The notes beneath the pieces were generated by a model, which was not told the origin of the DNA, did no database searches, and saw only the letters and a program-made list of their open reading frames with translations. Shown one piece after another: positions 39,299 to 49,102 of a stretch of DNA of 53,769 nucleotides. The DNA is from Promethearchaeota archaeon (GTDB lineage: Archaea; Asgardarchaeota; Lokiarchaeia; Sigyniarchaeales; SOKP01), in contig JALGVJ010000025.1 in the NCBI GenBank assembly GCA_029838195.1, positions 1 through 53,769 on the forward strand, in the 5' to 3' direction. Numbering within the stretch: the first letter of the stretch is position 1; every line of letters begins with the position of its first letter. The position numbers and the translations under genes were made by a program.

Positions 39299-40489
39299 AT
39301 GAAAGAAAAAGAAAAAGACCTTTATGCCAAGTTAGGAGTATCCTCTCAAAAAAAAGAGGTCCATGAAGCAATTAAGGATATCGATAAAGGTCTTTTTCCG
39401 GGAGCTTTTTGTAAGATTGTTGATGATATTGCCGGGAGAAAAGACTATTGTTCTATCATTCATTCGGATGGCGCCGGAACTAAATCATGCTTGGCTTACA
39501 TGTTTTTCAAGGAAACAGGAAACCTCTCAGTATTTAAAGGATTAGCGCAAGATGCGACCGTGATGAACGTGGATGATCTCTTAGCTGTGGGCGCTAAAGA
39601 AGGCATGATTTTATCTAATATTATTGGTAGAAATAGTAGATTAATCTCTGGCGAAATGATCGCTCAAATCATTAATGGATATGCTGAATTCTGTGAAAAA
39701 TTAACTTCAATTGGATTAAATATTACCTTCTGCGGAGGTGAAACCGCAGATATTCCTGATTTAGTAAGAACTTTAGTGGTCGATGCCACTGTTTTTACAA
39801 CCGTGAAAAAAGAGGATGTAATTGATGCGTCTCGAATTCAACCGTCGGATGTCATAGTAGGATTAGCGAGTGATGGAAAGGCAGTATATGAAACAGAAAT
39901 AAATAGTGGTATTGGAAGTAATGGACTTACTCTAGCCCGACATGGAACATTATCCCATCATTATTATAACGCATATCCCGAATGTCATGCCGAAGAAGGA
40001 GATGAAAAATTATATTATTTTGGCAAATGGAACTTAACAGATGAAGTAAAAGAACTGAACATGACTATTGGCGAAGCTTTATTATCACCTACACGCACGT
40101 ACGCTCCCGTATTAATTGAAATTTTAAATAAATTTAAAGATCAAATTCACGGCATCATCCATGCCACGGGCGGGGGTCAAACCAAAATCTTAAATTTTGG
40201 AAACGGGATTCATTATGTTAAAAATGATTTGTTTGAAATACCCCTCATTTTTAAAATAATTCAAGAATCTTCTAATACCCCTTGGAAAGAAATGTATCAG
40301 GTATTTAATATGGGGCATCGCATGGAAATCGTGTGTAATGAAGCGGTGGCTCCCGATATCATTACAATTGCCAAAAAACATGAAATAAATTCAAAAATCA
40401 TCGGATTCTGCGAGAAAGCAGAACAAAAAAATCGAAATTCTCTTGAAATCTCCACGGAAATAGGTACCTTTAAATTTAATAAACATTAA
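39299..40489 (+). CDS. purM: Phosphoribosylaminoimidazole (AIR) synthetase
   Basis: HSDGAGTK, MNVDDL, GGETAD, GIGSNG, LLSPTRTY, HATGGG, VFNMG; follows purB. Confidence 0.9.
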   Translation: MKEKEKDLYAKLGVSSQKKEVHEAIKDIDKGLFPGAFCKIVDDIAGRKDYCSIIHSDGAGTKSCLAYMFFKETGNLSVFKGLAQDATVMNVDDLLAVGAKEGMILSNIIGRNSRLISGEMIAQIINGYAEFCEKLTSIGLNITFCGGETADIPDLVRTLVVDATVFTTVKKEDVIDASRIQPSDVIVGLASDGKAVYETEINSGIGSNGLTLARHGTLSHHYYNAYPECHAEEGDEKLYYFGKWNLTDEVKELNMTIGEALLSPTRTYAPVLIEILNKFKDQIHGIIHATGGGQTKILNFGNGIHYVKNDLFEIPLIFKIIQESSNTPWKEMYQVFNMGHRMEIVCNEAVAPDIITIAKKHEINSKIIGFCEKAEQKNRNSLEISTEIGTFKFNKH

Positions 40490-40502
40490 AGGAAGAATTA
40501 AC

Positions 40503-41447
40503 ATGAATTATGATGTAATCTGTATTGGTGCCGCTCTAATTGACATGGTAGCTAGAGTAGAGCGGCATCCTTTAGAGGATGATGAAGTTTTTGTTTCAGA
40601 TTTAAGTCTTTTATCGGGTGGCGCTGCTGCTAATACAGCAGTAGCGTGTGCGAAGTTGGGATTAAAAACCGCATTTATAGGAAAATTGGGGTTAAATGAT
40701 ACCTTTGGAAACAAGATTCTTGAAGATTTTAAGAAAGAAAATGTAAGTCTTGATTTTATTAAATATAGCACGGAATATGGAACGGGTTCAGCTTATGTTG
40801 CTCTCGATAAAAAAGGAGATCGTAGGATATATGCTTATAGTGGAGCTGCCAATTATTTATCTGTAGAAGATATCGCAGAACAAGAAATATTAACATCTAA
40901 AATCATTTATCTGAGTAGTTTAAAAAATTTAGCACCCTTTATCGCCGCTGCGAGAATTGGACAGAGTCATGACTTACCTGTTATTTTGAATCCAGGAATG
41001 CTAATCATTGAACAAGGATTTGATGCAATTCGAGAATTATTAGAAAAAATCGATATACTCATCCTTTCATTAAGAGAATTCTGTACCCTGATGAAATTAG
41101 AGCATGAAGAATTAAAAGATTCAGAAATAAAGAAAACAGCTATCTCCTCCTTGCTCTCGTCAAGCATGCGGTATGTCATTATTACCATGGGAGATAAAGG
41201 TGCGAACGTGATTAATGATGCAAATAATGAGCGGGTACCTGCAGCAAAAGTACCTAAAGTCGTGGATACGACTGGAGCCGGTGACTCTTTTTCAGCCGGG
41301 TTCATTTACCGGTTCAGTAAAGACATGAGCTATGAGTTTGAGAAAATTAAAAAGTGCGTTGAAGCGGGAAATTTTGTAGCAGGTAAATGCATCCAAGAAG
41401 TGGGAGCAAGAAATGGGCTTCCCTCCAAGAAAGAGGTGCCTTTTTAA
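40503..41447 (+). CDS. PfkB/ribokinase-family carbohydrate or nucleoside kinase
   Basis: GGAAANTA, VDTTGAGDSF. Confidence 0.93.
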   Translation: MNYDVICIGAALIDMVARVERHPLEDDEVFVSDLSLLSGGAAANTAVACAKLGLKTAFIGKLGLNDTFGNKILEDFKKENVSLDFIKYSTEYGTGSAYVALDKKGDRRIYAYSGAANYLSVEDIAEQEILTSKIIYLSSLKNLAPFIAAARIGQSHDLPVILNPGMLIIEQGFDAIRELLEKIDILILSLREFCTLMKLEHEELKDSEIKKTAISSLLSSSMRYVIITMGDKGANVINDANNERVPAAKVPKVVDTTGAGDSFSAGFIYRFSKDMSYEFEKIKKCVEAGNFVAGKCIQEVGARNGLPSKKEVPF

Positions 41448-41532
41448 CGATTTAATTTAAATTGTCATGGAAACCGTTTCTTTTTAAATTATGTAATTTT
41501 TATACTCATTATAAAAATCATGGAGTTCTCAA

Positions 41533-42567
41533 GTGAACACGATAAACGAAATTTTTTCAAAACGGATGGTTTTATTCGTAGAAATATTCCTCCTATTACT
41601 TGTGAATTTTTTCTTATCGTTAATTCCTTTTCTCTTTCTTCCCTCCTTATTACCTAGCGATTCTGTTTTTTACGGAATTTTTTTTTATTTAACACGACTC
41701 GTGCTTTTTCTAATTGCCATTCCCCTCTCCTTGTATATCTCTAAATTATTAATAAAACCAATAGAAAACGAAAAATTGTCTCCTCCACCTCATTTAAAAG
41801 AATTATTTACCTTTTCAAGATCGAATTTTACTACTCAAGTATATCATGGAATTCTCTTGCTTTTTTTAATCTTTATTCCTCTTGATTTTTTAACCTATTT
41901 ATTCCTTCCCAACATGATTGAATATATTGGACGTGTTTTAATTGCTAATCAAACTAACCGTTATATCATGTTCGATGATTATTTCCTATTTCTTTTTGCC
42001 GTCGTGATAATTCAGTTATCCTTAGCCCTACAAGAAGAAACATTTGCAAGGGGTTTTATAACCATTCGAGGGGCCCATCACGTGAAAAAAATGTCCGCCC
42101 TCATGATCTCAGCTTGGTACTTCGGATTCGGCCATTTTGCCTATTTTTTTAGCCCCATTAGCCGGGAATATCCCACATGGTATCCTTTCTTGTGGTTCGC
42201 TCAAGCATTTTTCATAGCTATAATTCTCTCCTCCTATATTCTTAAAAAAAAGTGGATTTTTCCCCTTATATTTGCTCATGGTTGTAATAATATAATTTCC
42301 GCTCACGTCTTATGGAATTATTTCAATGGATATCCCTTCGAAAGAATGGTTCTATTTCTATACATTCCCCTATTATGTGTTAGTGGGATTCTTTATGTGG
42401 CACGATACACTGCTATCAAAAAGGGCATCGAGCTTGTTTGGTATAATTTTAAAGCCTATATTAAAGAGGAAAAGCAACTTGAAAAGTCGAAATCTTATTT
42501 AATCTTGACAATCCTCCTCGATCTCTTATTTGCGCTAGCAATTTTTGGCATTAATATAATATTATAA
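41533..42567 (+). CDS. CPBP (Rce1/CAAX protease-like) intramembrane glutamic protease
   Basis: Polytopic; EETFARG, FGFGH and HGCNN motifs. Confidence 0.85.
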   Translation: MNTINEIFSKRMVLFVEIFLLLLVNFFLSLIPFLFLPSLLPSDSVFYGIFFYLTRLVLFLIAIPLSLYISKLLIKPIENEKLSPPPHLKELFTFSRSNFTTQVYHGILLLFLIFIPLDFLTYLFLPNMIEYIGRVLIANQTNRYIMFDDYFLFLFAVVIIQLSLALQEETFARGFITIRGAHHVKKMSALMISAWYFGFGHFAYFFSPISREYPTWYPFLWFAQAFFIAIILSSYILKKKWIFPLIFAHGCNNIISAHVLWNYFNGYPFERMVLFLYIPLLCVSGILYVARYTAIKKGIELVWYNFKAYIKEEKQLEKSKSYLILTILLDLLFALAIFGINIIL

Positions 42568-42581
42568 AGGTAATAAAAATC

Positions 42582-43106
42582 ATGGTAAAATTTGGTATAA
42601 TTGCGGATACTCATGTAAAAAAAGAAAAAAAAAAGGAAAAATATGAAAAAATCCTCAACCAATTAAAAATTATTTTTAAAGATGTGGATGTAATTATTCA
42701 TGGGGGGGATGTATGCGATGAATGGTTTATCAGCGAATTATCTACCATTGCACCTGTTAAATGCGTGAAAGGTCATGAAGATGATATAAAAAACATGAGT
42801 ACCTTTATAAAATTAAAAATAGGACCTTACAGGATTGGTGTCATTCACGAAATTCCCGCGGATGTAGAAAGATTTTGTAAAAAAGAGCAAATCAACATTT
42901 TAATTCACGGACATACCCATTATCCACTCATTAAATCTACTCCTTACAAGATCCTCTTATTAAATCCGGGAAGCCCCACTTGTCCTTCCGTACCCCCTCA
43001 AAAACAAGGATTCCAAAAGCCAGTAGCTCGTCCCACGGTTTTAACTTTAAAAATTGACGAAAATAACATGTTATCCACGTATATCATTACATTAAAAAAT
43101 GAGTAA
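42582..43106 (+). CDS. YfcE/MJ0936/Vps29-like metallophosphoesterase
   Basis: ADTH, HGGD, VKGHED, HGHTH, NPGS. Confidence 0.9.
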   Translation: MVKFGIIADTHVKKEKKKEKYEKILNQLKIIFKDVDVIIHGGDVCDEWFISELSTIAPVKCVKGHEDDIKNMSTFIKLKIGPYRIGVIHEIPADVERFCKKEQINILIHGHTHYPLIKSTPYKILLLNPGSPTCPSVPPQKQGFQKPVARPTVLTLKIDENNMLSTYIITLKNE

Positions 43107-43198
43107 AAATTAAATAGTAATTAGGTTATCTCTTTTATATGATTATTCAATATAACGTACATGCAATTAGGTGAACAATAACGGTCTCAAAATTAGAA

Positions 43199-43579
43199 TT
43201 GGTGCTGAAAGAACTGAATGAAAATGGAAATTTCAAGGCTTCTTTATTCGCAACTTCTACAGGCTTAGTGCTTGCTTCGCAAAAAAGTCAAACCATCGAT
43301 GAAACTATCATAGCGGCTATGGCCTCGTTGCTAAGTGATGCAGCTTATCGGGTCGCAGACGAGATGCAATTGTCGAGGATGGAAATGCTGAAAATTCGGT
43401 ATCAGAAAGAGTACATCATGTGCCGTAATATCGTAGTCTCGCCTGATGGTACTCAATTTTTACTTGCGGTTTTTGGAACTCCGCCGGAATCGCAAGATAT
43501 TGAAAAATATTATGATCAACTGCTCGATTGGGCCGTAGAAAATTCCCTTCCTGATTTGAAAAAATTAACGAGCATTTAG
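43199..43579 (+). CDS. Roadblock/LC7 domain protein
   Basis: LKEL..ASLFATSTGLVLAS...IAAMASLL...A.RVADEM pattern. The frame is open upstream to 43175. Confidence 0.85.
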   Translation: MVLKELNENGNFKASLFATSTGLVLASQKSQTIDETIIAAMASLLSDAAYRVADEMQLSRMEMLKIRYQKEYIMCRNIVVSPDGTQFLLAVFGTPPESQDIEKYYDQLLDWAVENSLPDLKKLTSI

Positions 43580-43799
43580 AGCTTAAAAGAGAGTTGATTC
43601 AAGCATTAAGAATTTAAGCTGATTGTTTATATAATTTAAGATTTTTTAGCTCTGGATTTTAAAATAATTTCAAATTTAAATGCTCACAATTCCATTTCCC
43701 TGAATACGTGAAGTATTAAATTTTAATTTGAACATTTAAAAAATCTCCTTTTTTATAGTCATTCTCGAGAGGTTTAAAAATGTATTATTCAATGCATTA

Positions 43800-44099
43800 T
43801 TGTTCGAGATGCGAATTAAAGATCCCTTGCTTGCACTTCTTTATCTACCTGGTATTGTATTTTATTTCATGAAAATCCCTAATGTAGCTTTAATCTTCTT
43901 CATTTTTTTACAACTCCACTTGATCTTTCTCATGGTTCATGGAAAAATAAAAACCATCATTGAAGAACAAGTTAACATGCAATTGGAAAAAGAGAAAAAC
44001 GATATATTAATTCAATCCAAAGTGTGGAAAGGAGAATTAAGGATATTTGAATCGAATCAAGGGCAGTTTCTTGTTTTCTTGGAGCACTTAATAGATTAA
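43800..44099 (+). CDS. Hypothetical small membrane protein
   Basis: Two hydrophobic segments and a short soluble tail; TTG start; no family recognised. Confidence 0.45.
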   Translation: MFEMRIKDPLLALLYLPGIVFYFMKIPNVALIFFIFLQLHLIFLMVHGKIKTIIEEQVNMQLEKEKNDILIQSKVWKGELRIFESNQGQFLVFLEHLID

Positions 44100-44146
44100 A
44101 AAGCGAATCAAGCTATTGTAGAGACCCGCTAATTTTCAAGATCATC

Positions 44147-44779
44147 TCATAAATTGTTAAAAAAGGCCACCACGAGGGCCGAAACTTCCTCTTCATGACC
44201 CCAATAAAAATGATCTGCTCCTTGGATGATGTGGTATTCTTTAGGATCGGAATAATCAGCAAAATGAGCATGAAATCGCTCCATTAAGGCAATCGGGTCA
44301 TTAGTACCTTGAATGAACAATTTTGGTTTTTCTGAATTAGAAAGTTTTTTATATTTTTTTCCCATGAAATCCCAAGGAAAAGAAATGGCCACGTATCCGA
44401 CAATAGCTTCAGAATAATTAACTGCAGAGCATCCTATTGCAGCCCCATACGAATACCCTATAATTCCCACCCGTGCTTTCTGCTTTTTTTTAACTAGAAA
44501 ATCAATGCATGCTTTTACATCACTTAATTCACCTCTTCCATTTGAGTGAGTTCCCGTGGATTTTCCCACCCCTCGAAAATTAAATCTTAAACAAGAAATG
44601 TTTTCTTCAACACATTTTTCAAATATCGCGCTTACCACGTTATTATGCATCGTACCCCCAAACTGAGGATGAGGATGCACGATCAAGGCTGTTGGTAATG
44701 AATTGGCATGAGAATCGAACCATTCTGCTTCTAATTTAATGGGATCATTGTCGATGAATAAACGTTCACGAATTACCAT
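44147..44779 (-). CDS. Alpha/beta hydrolase (COG2945-like)
   Basis: HPHPQFGGTMHNNVV, FNFRGVGKS, GYSYG, GTND, ADHF. Confidence 0.92.
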   Translation of the reverse strand: MVIRERLFIDNDPIKLEAEWFDSHANSLPTALIVHPHPQFGGTMHNNVVSAIFEKCVEENISCLRFNFRGVGKSTGTHSNGRGELSDVKACIDFLVKKKQKARVGIIGYSYGAAIGCSAVNYSEAIVGYVAISFPWDFMGKKYKKLSNSEKPKLFIQGTNDPIALMERFHAHFADYSDPKEYHIIQGADHFYWGHEEEVSALVVAFFNNL

Positions 44780-44837
44780 GATTTTATTTAAGGCATGGAT
44801 TTATTAAAAATAATATTAATGTGAATTACCAATCATC

Positions 44838-45689
44838 ATGTACAACACCATAATTATAAAAGAAAAGATCAAGCAATTTCTCATAGAAGATTGTAGTTAT
44901 AAGGATATTAGTTCTTTTATTTTACCGGAAAAGGGGCCTGTAAGAGCTAATATCATCGCTAAAAGTTCGGGATATATTTCTGGATTAGAAGAATTAAAAA
45001 TCCTTTATGACCTGTTAGGAGTCACGGTCAACCTCCATAAGAATGATGGTGATCCCATTAAGCCGGGGGAGATCATTGCGCTCTTGGAGGGAAACGTACA
45101 CGCCATCTTATTAGGAGAACGTGTTGCTCTTAATTTAGTGACCCACATGAGTGCCATTACTTCTACCACTAAAAAGTATGTGACTCTCGTGGAAAATGCG
45201 GGTAAAAAGATAAAGATTGCCTGTACCCGAAAAACTTTACCTGGTTTGAGAATTTTTGAAAAGAAAGCTGTAGAACTGGGAGGAGGGGACCCTCATCGGT
45301 TCTCCTTGGATGATATGATTTTATTAAAAGATACTCACTTAAAATACTATGAGGGAGATGTGAAACGCTTATTATTTGATACCATGAGGAAAGTTAGCTT
45401 CACGAAAAAAATAGAAATAGAAATTGAGAAAGCAGAGGATATACTCATGGCTGCTCGAAATGGAGCAAATATTATCATGCTCGATAACATGCCCCCTCGC
45501 GAAGTAAAAAAAGCAATTACATTATTAAATATAAAAGGATTGAGAAAAAACGTGTTAATTGAGATTTCTGGAGGCATAAATGAGGATAATTTTGAACAAT
45601 ACTTAGAAGCGGAACCGGACATCATTAGCATGGGACATTTAACTCAATTTCCTACGGTACATGTGGATTTATCCCTTCGATTCGCATGA
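44838..45689 (+). CDS. nadC: Quinolinate phosphoribosyltransferase
   Basis: ERVALN, TRKTLPG, HRFSLDD..LKDTH, IMLDN, EISGGI. Confidence 0.96.
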   Translation: MYNTIIIKEKIKQFLIEDCSYKDISSFILPEKGPVRANIIAKSSGYISGLEELKILYDLLGVTVNLHKNDGDPIKPGEIIALLEGNVHAILLGERVALNLVTHMSAITSTTKKYVTLVENAGKKIKIACTRKTLPGLRIFEKKAVELGGGDPHRFSLDDMILLKDTHLKYYEGDVKRLLFDTMRKVSFTKKIEIEIEKAEDILMAARNGANIIMLDNMPPREVKKAITLLNIKGLRKNVLIEISGGINEDNFEQYLEAEPDIISMGHLTQFPTVHVDLSLRFA

Positions 45690-45701
45690 GCATGACTCTA
45701 C

Positions 45702-46094
45702 TCAATCAATAATGATTTCATGCATGGAACTTATCATTTCTTTTAGACTTTTTATTTCCTGATAAAAATCCTTGATGATACCTGCTTCTCCCACGGTTAA
45801 GATTAATTCGATCTTTCTATCCGCAATTCTCCAATCCGTCGTCGTTTTTATCACGTGCCTGTATTTCAGGAATAATTCCGCGATCATATTGATAAGCGAT
45901 TCTCTAAATGGATATACCAAATGAATTGCCATGATCTTGTATCCTTTTAAATTATCTAGGTTCTCATGAGTTTCAATAAAATTAGCAATTGCATCTCGTA
46001 GCGCATCACTTTTTGAGCTAAATCCCATGGATGTCCTGACTTTTTCAAACCGTTCTAATAAGTCCTCTGTAATTTGTAAAGATATTATGGGCAT
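45702..46094 (-). CDS. NikR-like ribbon-helix-helix regulator
   Basis: IISLQI...GFSSKSDALRDAI RHH plus an ACT-like C-terminal domain. Confidence 0.8.
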   Translation of the reverse strand: MPIISLQITEDLLERFEKVRTSMGFSSKSDALRDAIANFIETHENLDNLKGYKIMAIHLVYPFRESLINMIAELFLKYRHVIKTTTDWRIADRKIELILTVGEAGIIKDFYQEIKSLKEMISSMHEIIID

Positions 46095-46163
46095 GATTAT
46101 ATGTCATAAGAAAGGGTAATAAAAAATATTTGTTTTCCTGAAAATTTCAACTTGTACCTTAGT

Positions 46164-46853
46164 TTAAATGGGTAAATTTTTCAGCATTTTCTTTGGACAA
46201 TTTGCAAAAAGTTGCTTGAACATGACATAAAATTTACTCAAGCCTTCCTTGAGTTCGATGGGTTCCCCAATTTGAAGTGCGCCCCAATAGATTTTCGAGA
46301 ATTTTTCTACTAATTCAGCATTTTTTAATGCATTGGAAGGAGATTTTCCGCAAGCAATGGCACCATGATTTGCCAATAAAGCACCGTTTTTATATCCTAG
46401 CGCCTTCAACGCCACCTCCCCTAAATCTTCTGTATGTGCCTCTCCATAAGAAGAGACATCTATTTCCCCTCCCATATAAATGATTTGTTCTTCCATTATT
46501 ATAGGAATGCTTTTTCGGAGAACTGAGAGAATGGTAGCATAGGTGGAATGGGTGTGAATCACGCATTGGACTTTAGGACGAGCCTTGTATACGGCTAAGT
46601 GAAGTTTAACTTCCGTGGAGGGAAGCTTTCCTGAACTAAGGGGTGTTCCGTCAAATGCCATGTGTACAACTTGATCTTTTGTCAAAGTTTCATAGATATT
46701 TCCAGATGGCGTGATTAACATCTCTTCTTTTCTGGGAACTCTCACGCTCACGTTGCCTTCATTATTCTGATTTAACCCTCTCTCATAGACTTTTTTAGCA
46801 GTTTCCACTACATCCATTCTTAATTTATCTAAAAGTTCATCTACTTCAGACAT
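46164..46853 (-). CDS. Class II aldolase/adducin family (FucA-like)
   Basis: GNVSVR, ITPSG, PSTE..LH, IHTHS, LANHG. Confidence 0.92.
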   Translation of the reverse strand: MSEVDELLDKLRMDVVETAKKVYERGLNQNNEGNVSVRVPRKEEMLITPSGNIYETLTKDQVVHMAFDGTPLSSGKLPSTEVKLHLAVYKARPKVQCVIHTHSTYATILSVLRKSIPIIMEEQIIYMGGEIDVSSYGEAHTEDLGEVALKALGYKNGALLANHGAIACGKSPSNALKNAELVEKFSKIYWGALQIGEPIELKEGLSKFYVMFKQLFANCPKKMLKNLPI

Positions 46854-47048
46854 GAGTTATTAAATGTATAATTTGTTAAAAATATTCATGAAGGCTTATT
46901 TTTCTAGTTTTTTTAAAAAGAACATGAAAAAATCATAAATCATTAATAGTCTTTTGTTTAAAAATAAATGAAATTTTTTTTTTACTTGGTAATAATGGAC
47001 TTTATAATCTTCTTGGAAATATAAGTTATATAATGTTTCTTTCCAATT

Positions 47049-48137
47049 ATGGGTCGCATGATCTTTCATTGTGATTTGGATTGTTTTTTTGCTTCCGTTG
47101 AAATTAGAGATAATCCTGAGTATAAAAATAAGCCTGTTATCATAGGAGCAGATCCTAAAGGTGGAAAAGGAAGGGGCGTGGTTAGCACGTGTTCTTATGA
47201 AGCTCGAGAGTTTGGATTGCATTCTGGAATGCCCATTTCTCAAGCCTATAAGCAATGTCCTCACGGAATTTATTTGAGACCTTCCTTTAAAAAATATAAA
47301 CAAGCTTCGAAAGAAGTCATGACCATTTTAAAATCCTTTACTCCTCATTATCAACAAGCTGGTCTTGATGAGGCGTATTTAGACGTTTCAGAAACGTGTG
47401 ACTCTCCATCAAGAGCAATTATATTAGCAGAACAAATCCAAAAAGAAGTTTTTAATAAAGTCGGCATTACGGTGTCCATCGGATGTGCCGAAACAAAATC
47501 TTTGGCAAAAATTGCCAGCGATTTAAATAAACCCAATGGCATTACCATGCTCATGTTGGACGAGGTTCAAACCATTTTAAAAGACTTGGATATCACTAAA
47601 ATTCCCGGAATAGGAAAAAAATCAAAAAAATATTATCATGAAAAGGGAATAAAAACAATCGGAGATTTAATTAAATTAACCAAGGAACAAGCGATTCATT
47701 TACTCGGGAAAAGAGGGTTATGGGCATGGAACGTGGTACATGGAATCGATAATAGAGAAATAGAAACGTTTCCTCATTTCAGAAAATCCATGAGTAAAGA
47801 ACGAACCTTTCATGAAGATACTAACGATTTTGGTAAAATATTATCCACGCTAGAGAAAATTGCTGATAAATTAAATAAACATGCGAGAAAAAACGATCTA
47901 TTTTTTCGAACTATTACTTTAAAAATCCGTTTTTCAGATTTTAAAACGTTCGTGCGTTCTAAAACCTATAGATACCCCATTCAAGGAAGTCACCTGATCT
48001 TAAAAACGATTTTAGAATTATACGATGAGTTTTCAAACCGGAAAAAAAAAGTTCGATTAATCGGAATTAAACTCTCAAATTTTTTACCAAGAGCCTCGAA
48101 GAAGCAGACAACTCTCATGCAATACATGATTTCCTGA
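47049..48137 (+). CDS. dinB: DNA polymerase IV (Y family)
   Basis: HCDLDCFFASVE, SYEAREFG, GLDEAYLD, AKIASDLNKPNG, IPGIGKK. Confidence 0.96.
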   Translation: MGRMIFHCDLDCFFASVEIRDNPEYKNKPVIIGADPKGGKGRGVVSTCSYEAREFGLHSGMPISQAYKQCPHGIYLRPSFKKYKQASKEVMTILKSFTPHYQQAGLDEAYLDVSETCDSPSRAIILAEQIQKEVFNKVGITVSIGCAETKSLAKIASDLNKPNGITMLMLDEVQTILKDLDITKIPGIGKKSKKYYHEKGIKTIGDLIKLTKEQAIHLLGKRGLWAWNVVHGIDNREIETFPHFRKSMSKERTFHEDTNDFGKILSTLEKIADKLNKHARKNDLFFRTITLKIRFSDFKTFVRSKTYRYPIQGSHLILKTILELYDEFSNRKKKVRLIGIKLSNFLPRASKKQTTLMQYMIS

Positions 48138-48143
48138 AAAATT

Positions 48144-49067
48144 TTAATTTCTTCGGTTCTCATAAATTAATTTTATTATTTTTTCATGTAAAATACCATT
48201 ACTTGCCACGATGCCCGGACTGCTAAAAATTAATTTTTTATCCTTAAATTTTAAAGGGACACCATTCAAATCTGAAACTTCGCCTCCTGCTTCTTTCACT
48301 AAAATTTCCCCGGGCACAAAATCCCAAGAAAAAGATAAGTTAGGGTCTAAGTGTTTGATATAAAAATCTGCTATTCCTCTTGCAATCTTGCAAAATTTTG
48401 CCATGCTATCCATGGGAAGGACTTGAGAAACTTTTGCCTTAACTGCTAATTCTTTTACCCAATCTTTGTTATAATGTAAGGATTGACACATTATAGTGCT
48501 CTTTAATTCGCTCGTATTGCTGACGGATATCGGCCGGAATGTTGAATCTTGAATAGAAACTCTTGCTCCGTTTCCTTTCTCTGCTATATAAATAGTGGTG
48601 CTCATCTCATCATGCAACGGTACAGCAATGATTCCTAGTTCCGTGGTCCCTGCAACTCTAAACCCAATTCCAATCGCATACCAAGAATTTTCTAAGTATC
48701 CCAACGTTCCGTCAATCGGATCAATAGTCCATGTTCGCGATGAGTCTTGCACTTTCTTGTCATCGTAATTCTGAAAATTTAAATAACGTGTAATTCCCAA
48801 TTCATTAAAACACTTTTCAATGGGAAATTGTAACCGCCTATCTCTTATCTCCGCTACCGATTCCTCAGCAATTAATCGATCTCCCGGAAATCTTTCTTTA
48901 ATAGAAGAGGTAATAAATATCTGAGAGGCGTAATCCGCTAATGTGACTGGTGTCTGATCTTTCTTTGTATAGGACACGATCTCTTTTTTCCTAAACCACT
49001 CCGTAATTTCAGATGCTTTTTTTACCAGTTCGATTGCAAATTTTAATTCTTCTTGATAAGCTCCCAC
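48144..49067 (-). CDS. 3'(2'),5'-bisphosphate nucleotidase, inositol monophosphatase superfamily (HAL2/CysQ-like)
   Basis: KKDQTPVTLADYASQ, AEE, WTIDPIDGT, DSMAK, WDF..G..LVKEAGG. Confidence 0.85.
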   Translation of the reverse strand: MGAYQEELKFAIELVKKASEITEWFRKKEIVSYTKKDQTPVTLADYASQIFITSSIKERFPGDRLIAEESVAEIRDRRLQFPIEKCFNELGITRYLNFQNYDDKKVQDSSRTWTIDPIDGTLGYLENSWYAIGIGFRVAGTTELGIIAVPLHDEMSTTIYIAEKGNGARVSIQDSTFRPISVSNTSELKSTIMCQSLHYNKDWVKELAVKAKVSQVLPMDSMAKFCKIARGIADFYIKHLDPNLSFSWDFVPGEILVKEAGGEVSDLNGVPLKFKDKKLIFSSPGIVASNGILHEKIIKLIYENRRN

Positions 49068-49102
49068 GATAATCCTTCATGTGTTTTTTCTTATTCTCAT
49101 GG

